From NCBI GenBank assembly GCA_016214745.1, contig JACRNW010000016.1:591-64590 (forward strand): a stretch of DNA of 64,000 nucleotides, in the 5' to 3' direction. Both the position numbers and the translations under genes were made by a program. The DNA is from Candidatus Falkowbacteria bacterium. Its GTDB lineage: Bacteria; Patescibacteriota; Patescibacteriia; XYB2-FULL-38-15. Below, piece after piece: positions 18,339 through 27,632 of this stretch (the first letter of the stretch is position 1; each line of letters starts with the position of its first letter). The notes beneath the pieces are model-generated. The model saw only the letters and a list, made by a program, of their open reading frames with translations, did no database searches and was not told where the DNA came from.

Positions 18339-18965
18339 ATGAAACTCTCTAAATTCTTATTCTTTGTCATAATATTTTTTTCCGCCTTTGCGCTTTTGAC
18401 GCCGAGTGCGCTAGCAGTGCGAACCTGCACTTCTAGCACTGGCTGCGCGCCCGGTGAAAACTGTTCTGAAATTTATGGTGGAGATCAATGCGTTAATACT
18501 TCAACTGAAACAATCTACTATATAACCGGCCGCTGCAGCGGTGGAGTCGGCTCCATCGCTTGCCCTGCTGGTTTCACCTGCCAATCAATTACCCGAGGCA
18601 GATATTGTATTACAAACGAAGCGGGAATGGCCGCAACTTCATGCCCCGAGGGACAAGAACTAGTGAACGGGAGTTGCCAAATCAAAAGTGCTGCTACCAC
18701 CAGTCCGGTTGAATTCACCTCGCCCCTCGGCATGGTTTCACCCACTCAAATTCTTGGTCGGGTTATTAAAGCTGTTCTCGGTATTCTCGGCGCCATTGCC
18801 CTTTTTATGTTTGTTTGGGGCGGCCAAGGATGGATGATGTCGGGTGGCAATCCAGAAAAAATAAAAGCCGCGCGCGCGACTCTTATTTGGGCCGTCATCG
18901 GCATGGTCGTAATATTTTTAAGTTACGCCGCGGTTGATTTTATTCTCTCAGCTTTTGGAGCTTAG
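18339..18965 (+). CDS. VirB2/TrbC-like pilin paralog 2, with an N-terminal Cys-rich extracellular module
   Basis: Start moved to MKLSKFLFF. Signal peptide. Cys-rich region (CTSSTGCAPGENC...CPAGFTCQ...CPEGQELVNGSCQ). C-terminal pilin-like core FVWGGQGWMMSGGNPEKIKAARATLIWAVIGMVVIF. Confidence 0.6.
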   Translation: MKLSKFLFFVIIFFSAFALLTPSALAVRTCTSSTGCAPGENCSEIYGGDQCVNTSTETIYYITGRCSGGVGSIACPAGFTCQSITRGRYCITNEAGMAATSCPEGQELVNGSCQIKSAATTSPVEFTSPLGMVSPTQILGRVIKAVLGILGAIALFMFVWGGQGWMMSGGNPEKIKAARATLIWAVIGMVVIFLSYAAVDFILSAFGA

Positions 18966-18968
18966 AAC

Positions 18969-19541
18969 ATGAAAAAATATTTCAAACTAAAAATACCGTC
19001 TCTTATTCTCAACCCGACGATTTTATTTTTTATTTTTTTATCGGCTGGAATTCTGCTCGGGGCAACGCCCGCCCTGGGAGAATGCAATTGCTCAACCGGC
19101 GCATTTGGTTCATCCTGGACAACCACGGATCCTTGTTTCGCTGACAGCGATTGCTCTCTGCCGTGCGAACGGACTGTTCCGGGAGGCGTAACGCCTACGA
19201 GTCTATCTTATACGTGCGCTACGACAAGCGTCCCGAGCGGCGGGACAACAACTCCTGGCGCGCCGGAAAAAATTAAATTGGAAAATCCCCTTGGCGGCGG
19301 GACTGGCGTAACCTCTGTCCCACTCCTCATCGGCAATATTATCAAAACTATTTTAATGATTGTCGGCGCCCTGGCGCTCGCCATGTTTGTTTACGGCGGC
19401 TTTACTTGGCTCACCTCCGGAGGCAGCGCCGATAAAGTTAAAAAGGGCAAAGATATTTTGATTTGGGCGACTATCGGCCTCATTGTCATTTTTACGAGCT
19501 ATACTTTGGTAGACTTCTTATTAACCGCATTAGGAATTTAA
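18969..19541 (+). CDS. VirB2/TrbC-like pilin paralog 3, with Cys-rich module
   Basis: Signal peptide, CNCSTGAFGSSWTTTDPCFADSDCSLPCE module, Thr/Pro-rich linker, core MFVYGGFTWLTSGGSADKVKKGKDILIWATIGLIVIF. Confidence 0.6.
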   Translation: MKKYFKLKIPSLILNPTILFFIFLSAGILLGATPALGECNCSTGAFGSSWTTTDPCFADSDCSLPCERTVPGGVTPTSLSYTCATTSVPSGGTTTPGAPEKIKLENPLGGGTGVTSVPLLIGNIIKTILMIVGALALAMFVYGGFTWLTSGGSADKVKKGKDILIWATIGLIVIFTSYTLVDFLLTALGI

Positions 19542-19542
19542 A

Positions 19543-20223
19543 ATGTTTATCACGCGACAAAAATTTTTTACTTTAATACCCCTCTTCTCTTTTTTATTTT
19601 TCTTTTTACCTATTTTCCCGGTTGATGCCCAGGAAGAATGCCGCTGCTATGTTTATGGCAGTTTTGACCGCGAAGAAGCAACCTGCAACAGCCGGTGCCC
19701 GAGCATTTGCGGAGCAATAAGCGACCGATCCTTGGAAAATTGGAATATTGATCTTCGTCTTTCTCCCGAATGTCGCGCCGCAGACGGCCAATGGCAATGC
19801 AACTGCTATATTTCCCAAGCTTTGCGCGGCGTTTCCACTGAAGAAGCATGCAGTGATATTTGTTACGCCCTAACCGTGCCTAACGCAGAGCTAACCGGTG
19901 AATTTAGAGATTTTGGTGTGGCGGAAGAAGCAGCCCCGAAAACTGAAGAAGAAGAATTTCCAACCTACAAAATTAAATCTCCGATCGGCGAAGTGACCGG
20001 ACCGGAACTTATTGGCCGAATTATTAAAACAGTCCTTGGCGTTGTTGGCGCCCTGGCTTTGGCCATGTTTGTTTACGGCGGCTTTACTTGGTTGACCTCG
20101 GCCGGCAGTGCTGATAAAATAAAGAAAGGCAAAGATATCTTAATTTGGGCGACTATCGGCCTTATTGTCATTTTTACCAGTTATACTTTAGTGGATTTTG
20201 TTTTACGAGCCTTTGGATTATAA
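19543..20223 (+). CDS. VirB2/TrbC-like pilin paralog 4, with a different Cys-rich module
   Basis: Signal peptide, ECRCYVYG...CNSRCPSICG...CNCY module, acidic linker. The C-terminal core is ~85% identical at DNA level to paralog 3. Confidence 0.6.
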   Translation: MFITRQKFFTLIPLFSFLFFFLPIFPVDAQEECRCYVYGSFDREEATCNSRCPSICGAISDRSLENWNIDLRLSPECRAADGQWQCNCYISQALRGVSTEEACSDICYALTVPNAELTGEFRDFGVAEEAAPKTEEEEFPTYKIKSPIGEVTGPELIGRIIKTVLGVVGALALAMFVYGGFTWLTSAGSADKIKKGKDILIWATIGLIVIFTSYTLVDFVLRAFGL

Positions 20224-20301
20224 ACAGTTACACAAATTATCTAAAAAACTTAAACAAATTAATTGTTAACTGTTAAATGTTAGCAGTTATCCCGAAAGGG
20301 G

Positions 20302-20676
20302 GTGAAGAAAATGAAAAAACTATTTATCTGTTTGACGGTGCTCGCTCTTTTGACTCCAGTTTTGGTCTCCGCGCAAACGAATGACATCTTGGGCCTGAAT
20401 GTCATTAACAATGCCAATATCGGCTTGCAAGCTTCAGATCCGAGAGCTGTTGCCGCGAAAATCATTAACGTGGCGTTGGGCTTCTTGGGCATCATCGCCG
20501 TGGTCATTGTTCTTTACGGAGGCTTTGTGTGGATGACGGCGGCTGGCAACGAGGAAAGAATTTCCAAAGCGAAACAAATCCTTACTGCCGGTATCATCGG
20601 CTTAGTCATTATCGTAATGGCTTGGGCAATCGCCTCTTATGTTGTAAGAACTTTGATGAACGTTACAAACACCTAA
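20302..20676 (+). CDS. VirB2/TrbC-like pilin paralog 5
   Basis: Signal peptide plus core LYGGFVWMTAAGNEERISKAKQILTAGIIGLVII. RBS GAAAGGGGGTGAAGAAAATG. Confidence 0.6.
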   Translation: MKKMKKLFICLTVLALLTPVLVSAQTNDILGLNVINNANIGLQASDPRAVAAKIINVALGFLGIIAVVIVLYGGFVWMTAAGNEERISKAKQILTAGIIGLVIIVMAWAIASYVVRTLMNVTNT

Positions 20677-20682
20677 TTTAAA

Positions 20683-20715
20683 AATGGGGTGGGGGTAAAT
20701 CCCCACCCCATTCTC
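20683..20715. terminator. GC hairpin (GGGGTGGGGG taaat CCCCACCCC), terminator-like
   Basis: Perfect 9-10 bp stem after paralog 5. A-run upstream and T-rich downstream. Confidence 0.5.
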
Positions 20716-20863
20716 GATTGTCTTGTATGTCCCGTTAGAAGTTCTTGACAGAAAAATTTTATCAAAAATTTTTCTTTATAAAACTAACGGCACATAAAAT
20801 TTAAACGACACCACTGTTATAAAGATACAACAATAAATTAAATCGACAAACTTCTAACGGGAT

Positions 20864-21295
20864 ATGTTTTTAAAAATAGAAAAAATAAAAATTTTTAAAT
20901 TTATCTGCGTCGCAGCGACTCTTTTACTTTTATTCGGCGCGAACCTTGCTCTTGCTCAACCCACTGACGGCGAAAAAACTGATAGCGATGCAAGTGGCGT
21001 CCGCTCTGGCCTAGAAAATACGGCTGAAGCCGCCGGAATTCCCAAAACGGGCGGCGAAGAAGCCATCCCAAATCTCATCGGCAGCATTATTATGGGCGCG
21101 CTCGGTTCTGTCGGCATCATTTTTTTAATTTTAATGATCATTGGCGGCGTAATGTGGATGACTGCTTCCGGCAATGAAGAACGAGTCAACAAAGCAAAGG
21201 GTTTGATTACTAACGCGGTGATCGGCATGATTATTGTTTTCTCCGCTTACGCCATTACTTATTTTGTGACTGAAACTTTACTTGGAACCAGATGA
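20864..21295 (+). CDS. VirB2/TrbC-like pilin paralog 6
   Basis: Core IIGGVMWMTASGNEERVNKAKGLITNAVIGMIIVFSAYAITYFV. Confidence 0.6.
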   Translation: MFLKIEKIKIFKFICVAATLLLLFGANLALAQPTDGEKTDSDASGVRSGLENTAEAAGIPKTGGEEAIPNLIGSIIMGALGSVGIIFLILMIIGGVMWMTASGNEERVNKAKGLITNAVIGMIIVFSAYAITYFVTETLLGTR

Positions 21296-21795
21296 AAAAC
21301 TTAAAAAAAATTCTAATCATTTTTTTCCCTTTAGCTGTTTTAGCCGCCGTATTTTTCTTTTTTAAAGACACCGCTTTGGCACAATCAATTTTCGGCGGGC
21401 TTGAAGGCGCGCGAAAAACAGCCGGATTTTCCGAAGATACAAATATTTATTCCAGAATTGGAATGTTAATTTCTGTTTTTCTCGGTTTTGTCGGAGTGAT
21501 TTTTTTGGGCCTTACTCTTTACGGCGGATTTATTTGGATGATTGCTCGCGGCAATGAACAGGAAATTGAAAAAGCAAAAAAATTAATTGAAGCGGCCGTA
21601 ATCGGCCTCGCCATAGTCTTCGCCGCTTATGCCATTACTTATTTTGTGACCTCGCGTTTGCTTTCCACGAGCAGCGGGAGCGGCGCGGCGACCTGCGCTG
21701 AAGGCACAACTCTTTGCACCTGCCCCGGAGCCGGCTCCGCGTGTCTTGACCCCGGCGAATCTTGCGAAGAATTATGCGGGTCGGTTACTCCTTAA
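21292..21795 (+). CDS. VirB2/TrbC-like pilin paralog 7, with a C-terminal Cys-rich tail
   Basis: Core LYGGFIWMIARGNEQEIEKAKKLIEAAVIGLAIVFAAYAITYFV plus tail ATCAEGTTLCTCPGAGSACLDPGESCEELCGSV. Overlaps paralog 6 by 4 nt. Confidence 0.6.
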   Translation: MKNLKKILIIFFPLAVLAAVFFFFKDTALAQSIFGGLEGARKTAGFSEDTNIYSRIGMLISVFLGFVGVIFLGLTLYGGFIWMIARGNEQEIEKAKKLIEAAVIGLAIVFAAYAITYFVTSRLLSTSSGSGAATCAEGTTLCTCPGAGSACLDPGESCEELCGSVTP

Positions 21796-21819
21796 TACTT
21801 TAAATTAATTAAATATTTT

Positions 21820-22245
21820 ATGGCTAAATTTAAAAAAATATTTATTGCTTGTTGCTTTGTCTTGGCACTTTTCACTCTTGCGGTGCCCCTTCTTTCTTCT
21901 GCCGTGGCTGAACCCGGAGACGCTTTAAACAGATTGAAAGAAGTTGGTGGTTCGGCCTATGGCGTCGGCGAGGAAGAACCGAGAGATGTCACGGAAATTG
22001 TCGGCGGAATAATCAAAACCGCTCTCTCGATTATGGGCATAGTTGCTGCAATTTTAATCATTTATGCCGGTTATGTTTGGATGACGGCCCGCGGCAAAGA
22101 AGAACGTGTCACCAAAGCCAAAGAAACTTTGGAGGCGGCAATTATCGGTTTAATTATTATCATGGCGGCCTACGCCTTTACCTACTTTGTAGTGGATCGT
22201 ATAATGCAAGCTTCAAGTACTCCAACTACAACACCAACACCTTAA
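21820..22245 (+). CDS. VirB2/TrbC-like pilin paralog 8
   Basis: Core IYAGYVWMTARGKEERVTKAKETLEAAIIGLIIIMAAYAFTYFV. Thr/Pro tail. Confidence 0.6.
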   Translation: MAKFKKIFIACCFVLALFTLAVPLLSSAVAEPGDALNRLKEVGGSAYGVGEEEPRDVTEIVGGIIKTALSIMGIVAAILIIYAGYVWMTARGKEERVTKAKETLEAAIIGLIIIMAAYAFTYFVVDRIMQASSTPTTTPTP

Positions 22246-22254
22246 ATTAAAAAT

Positions 22255-22638
22255 ATGAAATTTATCTCTAAAAAATTATTTATTTCCTCATTCCTGATTT
22301 TAATCCTCCTCTCCGCCCTGCCGGCCTTTGCTCAGATAGAAGGATTAGAAAACTTCGGCAAAGCAGCCGACTACGTTGCTGATACAAGTGCTACTCCCAA
22401 GGAGCCGGCAGAAATCGTCGGAGGGCTTATCAGTACCGTTCTCAGTGTTTTGGGTGTTATTGCCGTTGTTTTAATTATCTATGCCGGTTTTATTTGGATG
22501 ACTGCGGCGGGCAACACGGAAAAAATTGATAAGGCAAAAAAAATTCTCGGAAATGCCGTGATTGGATTAATTATTATTCTAATGGCATACAGCATCACTT
22601 ATTTTGTCACGAGATCTTTATTGAACGCCACAAGATAA
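22255..22638 (+). CDS. VirB2/TrbC-like pilin paralog 9
   Basis: Core IYAGFIWMTAAGNTEKIDKAKKILGNAVIGLIIILMAYSITYFV. Confidence 0.6.
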   Translation: MKFISKKLFISSFLILILLSALPAFAQIEGLENFGKAADYVADTSATPKEPAEIVGGLISTVLSVLGVIAVVLIIYAGFIWMTAAGNTEKIDKAKKILGNAVIGLIIILMAYSITYFVTRSLLNATR

Positions 22639-22653
22639 ATAAAATTTTAGTTT

Positions 22654-22692
22654 AAAAAAATCGGGCGAGCGCTCTACGCAGAGTGCTCGCCC
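22654..22692 (-). terminator. Intrinsic terminator of the GC-rich lipoprotein operon (minus strand)
   Basis: GGGCGAGCGCTCT acgc AGAGTGCTCGCCC, a 13-bp stem with one G-U pair, followed on the minus strand by T7. Confidence 0.75.
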
Positions 22693-22713
22693 TTGTTGTT
22701 GTGTCCTCCCTCG

Positions 22714-23247
22714 TCACCGGCCAGCCGAGGTCGGCGAAACTGTTCCGCAGTCCAGGTTGCCGATCTCGACGCCGTGATGCCCCCGCCCGGTGGCGTCGAT
22801 CCAGAAACTCCTGACGCAATTCGCCACGTGCTGCAAGGGCGGCGGACCGATGTAGCCCTTGGCCTTGATCTCGTGCTGACCGACCGCGTCCGCGATGACC
22901 CAACAGGTTTCGCCCGGGGGCAAGAACCCACCGGTCTCCGGTAGATCGATGGCCGGTTCATCGATCCAAATCCGAAGAGAAATCTCGGTCTCGTTCGTGA
23001 CCGGCAAGCACCTCGGCCCCTCGCACCAGGGCGGCGGCCGGTGCAAAAAGCACACGTTCGACGGCGGTACCTCGTAGGCCCCGGACAGCGGATCCACCGG
23101 ATACGCCGCGTAAGCGGGGTAAGCAGCCGGCAGGCCACCTACCATGTAGGGTGCCTGAGCCGGGTAGGTCCCGTAACCGTAGCTGCCGCCCCAGAGGCCG
23201 CAACCGAGCGAAGCGACCACGAACATCATCGAGACGAACTTCGTCAT
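22714..23247 (-). CDS. Lipoprotein, hypothetical (GC-rich island 3, gene 2 of operon)
   Basis: Signal peptide with lipobox (VVASLGC). RBS GGAAGGGAGACAGCCATG. ~66% GC. Start overlaps the upstream gene's stop (ATGA). Confidence 0.6.
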   Translation of the reverse strand: MTKFVSMMFVVASLGCGLWGGSYGYGTYPAQAPYMVGGLPAAYPAYAAYPVDPLSGAYEVPPSNVCFLHRPPPWCEGPRCLPVTNETEISLRIWIDEPAIDLPETGGFLPPGETCWVIADAVGQHEIKAKGYIGPPPLQHVANCVRSFWIDATGRGHHGVEIGNLDCGTVSPTSAGR

Positions 23248-23651
23248 GGCTGTCTCCCTTCCAAGGCGTCAAGCCGCCGATCGTAATCGTCGGCGTCTTC
23301 TTCGAGATCCTCCGCCCTCTCTTCGAGTGCTGGATCCCGAGTCTGGCCGTAGCCGTACTGGCCGTAGCCGTAGTAGTTCGACGAACCACCGTAACCGTAC
23401 CCGCCGGAGTAACCTCTGTAGCAGCGTTCCGGATGGCCGCCGCGCCTTTCGCCCTGGCTTCGGAGGCAGCTGCCTTCGTCCCGGATCCGATCGGCCTGGG
23501 CCGACGTCAGGTCGGCCGCCGACATTTCCATGGGACCGGGTCCCATGAACCCGTTGGCCTCGTAGGTCATGCCGCCGCTCCGAAGACTCGTCTGAGCCGT
23601 GAAGCAGCCGGACATCGCAAACATCACGAACAACGCCGCGAAAAGCCTCAT
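23244..23651 (-). CDS. Gly/Tyr-rich lipoprotein, hypothetical (GC-rich island 3, gene 1)
   Basis: Start reassigned to MRLFAALFVMFAMSGCF (ATG at 23651) because it has the RBS AAGGGAGGTGTGGAATG. Lipobox AMSGC. GYSGGYGYGGSSNYYGYGQYGYGQ low-complexity region. Confidence 0.6.
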   Translation of the reverse strand: MRLFAALFVMFAMSGCFTAQTSLRSGGMTYEANGFMGPGPMEMSAADLTSAQADRIRDEGSCLRSQGERRGGHPERCYRGYSGGYGYGGSSNYYGYGQYGYGQTRDPALEERAEDLEEDADDYDRRLDALEGRQP

Positions 23652-23733
23652 TCCACACCTCCCTTGGGGCCCCAAGCCCCATGTTTTAAAAGAAAAGAAC
23701 CATCCGTACCCCCATTAAGGAGCAGGACATTTT

Positions 23734-23762
23734 ACTGTAGCATAAAAACCTATTTTCGTCAA
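23734..23762 (-). promoter_or_regulatory. Candidate sigma70 promoter for the lipoprotein operon (TTGACG-17-TACAGT, minus strand)
   Basis: Hexamers read on the minus strand. A 14-bp perfect palindrome CTTGGGGCCCCAAG (23663-23676) lies between promoter and RBS and may be an operator. Confidence 0.45.
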
Positions 23763-23873
23763 GAGCTTGAAAAACTTTATAATTAGCCAAAATTTTAACT
23801 TCTGCCCGGCCAGATTTTTCCCTTTTCCACAACTTTTTGTGGATAAATTGTTTATAACCGCATAAAATTCACT

Positions 23874-23907
23874 TGACAAGCCTAAAATACCCTGCTAAAT
23901 TAAAGGT
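23874..23907 (+). promoter_or_regulatory. Candidate promoter (TTGACA-17-TAAATT) for rpoB with a ~330-nt structured leader
   Basis: Hexamers read directly. The leader contains a 56-nt imperfect palindrome (23930-23986). Confidence 0.4.
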
Positions 23908-24237
23908 AATAAGGGGCGTTAAGCCCCGTGTTGACTGCGCTCACTCGGAAATGAAAGCGATTTCATTTCTCTCGCTCGCTTGTCAATAATAAAGTCCCCT
24001 ACTTTACTTGTTGTAAAATTACGCAAGGAACACCCAGGCAAATCGTCCTGGAAGTTCAAAAAAAGTGAGGGATAATCCTGCCAAAGTCCCGTAGAACGCG
24101 GGACGCAAATATTAAATGCATACACGGCAGTGGAAAAAACTTGATTTATCCTCTTAAAGCTCACCCAAAAAGAGGAGGGAGCTCTTTTTGTGTTTTTTTG
24201 TCAAATATTAAAAATAATTTAAAATAATTTTATAAAT

Positions 24238-27200
24238 ATGCCCACCGAAGTCGCACCGCGAAAAGTTTTTACAAAAATTTCAGAGGTCATTCCTCTGCCA
24301 GACTTGATTGAACTCCAAAAAAAATCTTACGAATGGTTTTTTAAAAAGGGCCTGTCCGAACTTTTTGAAGAAATTTCTCCCATCAGAGATATTATGGGCC
24401 GAGATCTTGAACTTTATTTTTCGGAATATTATCTTGATGAGCCGAAATTTGATGAAATCACGAGCAAGGCAAAAAATGTTAATTTTGAAGCACCGCTTCG
24501 CGTCAAAGCACGGCTGACCAACAAAAAAACCGGCGAACTTAAAGAGCAAGAAATTTATCTCGGCGACATGCCTTTAATGACTGATCGGGGAACTTTTATT
24601 ATCAATGGCATTGAACGCGCGGTTGTTTCGCAACTTGTCCGCTCGGCCGGTGTATTTTTTACTTCAGAAACTCATCATGGCCGAAGATCATATGGCGCGA
24701 AAATTATTCCGAACCGCGGCGCCTGGCTTGAAATTGAAACCGATCAATCTGGCGTGATCTGGGTAAAAATTGATCGCAAAAGAAAAGTCGCCGTTACCTC
24801 GCTTCTCCGCGCTTTTGGTTATGGAATTGACGACGAAATAATTTCTCTTTTTAAAGACGTTGATACCGACCAGGAGACAAGCTACATAAAAAATACTCTG
24901 GAAAAAGATATTGCTCATTCGGAAGACGAAGGCTTAAAAGAAGTTTACAAAAGAATCCGTCCCGGAGATCTCGCCACGGTAGACAACGCCCGCTCGCTGA
25001 TTTATGCCATGTTTTTTCGTTTTGACCGTTATGATTTCAGCATGGTTGGCCGTTACAAGTTCAATCAACGTTTCGGCATTGGCGGCGAAGTGGAAGATAC
25101 AAAAGAAAACAGAATTTTCCGCCGGGAAGATTTGGTAACTATCATCAAAGAAATTATCCGATTAAATATTACCCAGGAACCGGCTGACGATATTGATCAC
25201 TTGGGCAATCGCCGTATCAGAGCGGTCGGAGAATTGGTACAAAATCGTTTCCGCATCGGATTGGCCAGAATGGAACGCATCGTGAAAGACCGGATGAGTA
25301 CGATTGACATTCTCGCGCTTACTCCGAATAAATTGATTAACGCAAAACCGGTCATCGGCGCGGTCAAAGAATTTTTCATGTCTTCTCAGTTATCGCAATT
25401 TATGGACCAAACAAATCCTTTGGCCGAACTGGAACATAAACGCCGACTTTCCTCCATGGGTCCGGGCGGTCTCTCCCGCGAACGAGCCGGCTTTGAAGTC
25501 CGCGACGTGCATCCGACTCACTACAGCCGCATCTGCCCGATCGCGACTCCTGAAGGCCCGAATATCGGTTTGGTCGGCCATCTTTCTTCTTACGCCCGCG
25601 TCAACGAGTACGGTTTTATTGAAGCGCCTTACCGAAAAGTAATTCGTGAATTGCCAAACGACGGCAAATCGGCAATCGGGGAAATTTTGCGGGAAGAAGT
25701 CGCGGGAGAAAAAGCTGAAACAAAAATTACCAAAGAAATCGCCTCAAATTTAGCCAAAGAAAAAACTTTAAAAACTATCCAAGTTAAACCTCATGTCACG
25801 GATGAAGTGGTTTATTTAAATGCTTTCACTGAAGAAAAAGCCGTCACCACGCCGGCCACCACGCCGATTGATGAAAACGGTTATTTTTTGGCGGAAAAAA
25901 CCGGCGTCCGAAAATACGGCAAGCCAAGCATTGAATATGTTTGGAATGTTGATTACATGGATGTTTCGCCAAAACAAATCGTAAGCGTCGGCACTGCCTT
26001 GATTCCATTTTTAGAACATGATGATGCTATCCGCGCGCTTATGGGAACAAACATGCAACGTCAGGCCGTACCGGTCATCCGGCCGGAAGCGCCGATTGTC
26101 GGCACGGGTATAGAAGATCGCGCCGCGAGAGATTCTGGCCACGTAAAAATTGCCGAAGAAGACGGCCGGGTCGTGGAAGTTGAGGGCGACAAAGTTCATG
26201 TTGTGGAAAAAAATGATAAATTCAAAATTTATCGGCTGAATAAATTCGCCCGCTCCAACGCTTCAACCTGTATCAACCAGCGGCCAATCGTAAATAAAGA
26301 TCAAAAAATTAAAAAGGGCGACGCTCTGGCCGACGGTCCGGCCACGGAGGGCGGCGAATTGGCGCTCGGCCAAAATATGCTGGTGGCTTTCATGGCCTGG
26401 GAAGGATATAACTATGAAGACGCGGTTATTATTTCTGAAAAAGTTGTCCGCGATGATCGCTTTACTTCAATCCATATTGAAAATTATCAAATTGACGTCC
26501 GCGACACCAAACTCGGTCCGGAAATCGTGACCAACGACATTCCAAACGTCAGTGAAGAAAAATTAAAAAATCTTGATGAGAACGGCATTGTAAGAATCGG
26601 CGCCAAAGTTTCTTCCGGCGATATTTTGGTTGGAAAAATTACGCCAAAAGGCGAAACTGAACTTTCCGCGGAAGAAAAATTGCTCCGCGCCATCTTCGGC
26701 GAAAAAGCCCGCGATGTCCGCGACACCTCACTTTACTTGGAGCACGGCGAACATGGCAAAGTGGTTGATATTAAAATTTTCTCCCAAGAAACCGGCGATA
26801 AATTACCGCCTGGTGTTATTAAATCCATCCAAGTCGCGGTGGCTGACATGAGAAAACTTCAAGTCGGCGACAAATTGGCCGGCCGCCACGGCAACAAAGG
26901 CGTTGTTTCTAAAATTGTTCCGATTGAAGATATGCCCTTCCTCCCGACCGGCGTACCGATTGATATTATTCTCTCCCCGCTCGGCGTTGTCTCTCGTATG
27001 AACATCGGCCAAATTTTGGAAACTCATCTTGGAATCGCCGCGAAAACTTTGGGATACAAAACTATTACCCCGATCTTGGATGGTATTCCCGAAGAAACTA
27101 TCCGGCAAGAACTGATAAAGGCTGGTTTTCCCGGAGACGGAAAAATTACTCTTTATAACGGCAAGACCGGCGAATCTTTTGATAAAAAAACCACCGTCGG

Positions 27201-27594
27201 CCAGATTTATATGTTGAAACTGAACCATATGGTGGAAGATAAAATCCATCAACGCTCCATCGGTCCGTACTCGCTTATAACCCAGCAGCCGCTCGGCGGT
27301 AAAGCGCAGTTCGGCGGCCAACGGTTTGGTGAAATGGAAGTTTGGGCGCTCGAAGGTTATGGCGCGGCTCACACGTTGCAAGAAATTCTGACCATCAAAT
27401 CCGACGACGTACCTGGCCGTTCCAAAGCGTACGAATCAATTGTTAAGGGCGAAGCGATCAAGAACTTGAACATTCCTGAATCGTTCAATGTTTTGGTCCG
27501 CGAATTAAAAGGTCTTTGCCTTGACGTTGAACTTTTAAAGAAAAAAGATGGCGGCGAAGACATGGCTCCAGCCGTTCTGGAAGAAAAGAAATAA
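24238..27594 (+). CDS. rpoB: DNA-directed RNA polymerase subunit beta
   Basis: 1118 aa with canonical RpoB motifs (e.g. [20 protein letters not shown]). Confidence 0.97.
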   Translation: MPTEVAPRKVFTKISEVIPLPDLIELQKKSYEWFFKKGLSELFEEISPIRDIMGRDLELYFSEYYLDEPKFDEITSKAKNVNFEAPLRVKARLTNKKTGELKEQEIYLGDMPLMTDRGTFIINGIERAVVSQLVRSAGVFFTSETHHGRRSYGAKIIPNRGAWLEIETDQSGVIWVKIDRKRKVAVTSLLRAFGYGIDDEIISLFKDVDTDQETSYIKNTLEKDIAHSEDEGLKEVYKRIRPGDLATVDNARSLIYAMFFRFDRYDFSMVGRYKFNQRFGIGGEVEDTKENRIFRREDLVTIIKEIIRLNITQEPADDIDHLGNRRIRAVGELVQNRFRIGLARMERIVKDRMSTIDILALTPNKLINAKPVIGAVKEFFMSSQLSQFMDQTNPLAELEHKRRLSSMGPGGLSRERAGFEVRDVHPTHYSRICPIATPEGPNIGLVGHLSSYARVNEYGFIEAPYRKVIRELPNDGKSAIGEILREEVAGEKAETKITKEIASNLAKEKTLKTIQVKPHVTDEVVYLNAFTEEKAVTTPATTPIDENGYFLAEKTGVRKYGKPSIEYVWNVDYMDVSPKQIVSVGTALIPFLEHDDAIRALMGTNMQRQAVPVIRPEAPIVGTGIEDRAARDSGHVKIAEEDGRVVEVEGDKVHVVEKNDKFKIYRLNKFARSNASTCINQRPIVNKDQKIKKGDALADGPATEGGELALGQNMLVAFMAWEGYNYEDAVIISEKVVRDDRFTSIHIENYQIDVRDTKLGPEIVTNDIPNVSEEKLKNLDENGIVRIGAKVSSGDILVGKITPKGETELSAEEKLLRAIFGEKARDVRDTSLYLEHGEHGKVVDIKIFSQETGDKLPPGVIKSIQVAVADMRKLQVGDKLAGRHGNKGVVSKIVPIEDMPFLPTGVPIDIILSPLGVVSRMNIGQILETHLGIAAKTLGYKTITPILDGIPEETIRQELIKAGFPGDGKITLYNGKTGESFDKKTTVGQIYMLKLNHMVEDKIHQRSIGPYSLITQQPLGGKAQFGGQRFGEMEVWALEGYGAAHTLQEILTIKSDDVPGRSKAYESIVKGEAIKNLNIPESFNVLVRELKGLCLDVELLKKKDGGEDMAPAVLEEKK

Positions 27595-27632
27595 CTTTAT
27601 CAAATAATATTATATAAATATTCATCTTTTAT

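Noticed and set aside
23652-23675. ORF-track N-terminal extension MGPQGRCG of the Gly/Tyr-rich lipoprotein
   Set aside because: The downstream ATG at 23651 has a canonical SD (AAGGGAGGTG) and yields a proper signal peptide, whereas the extension has neither.
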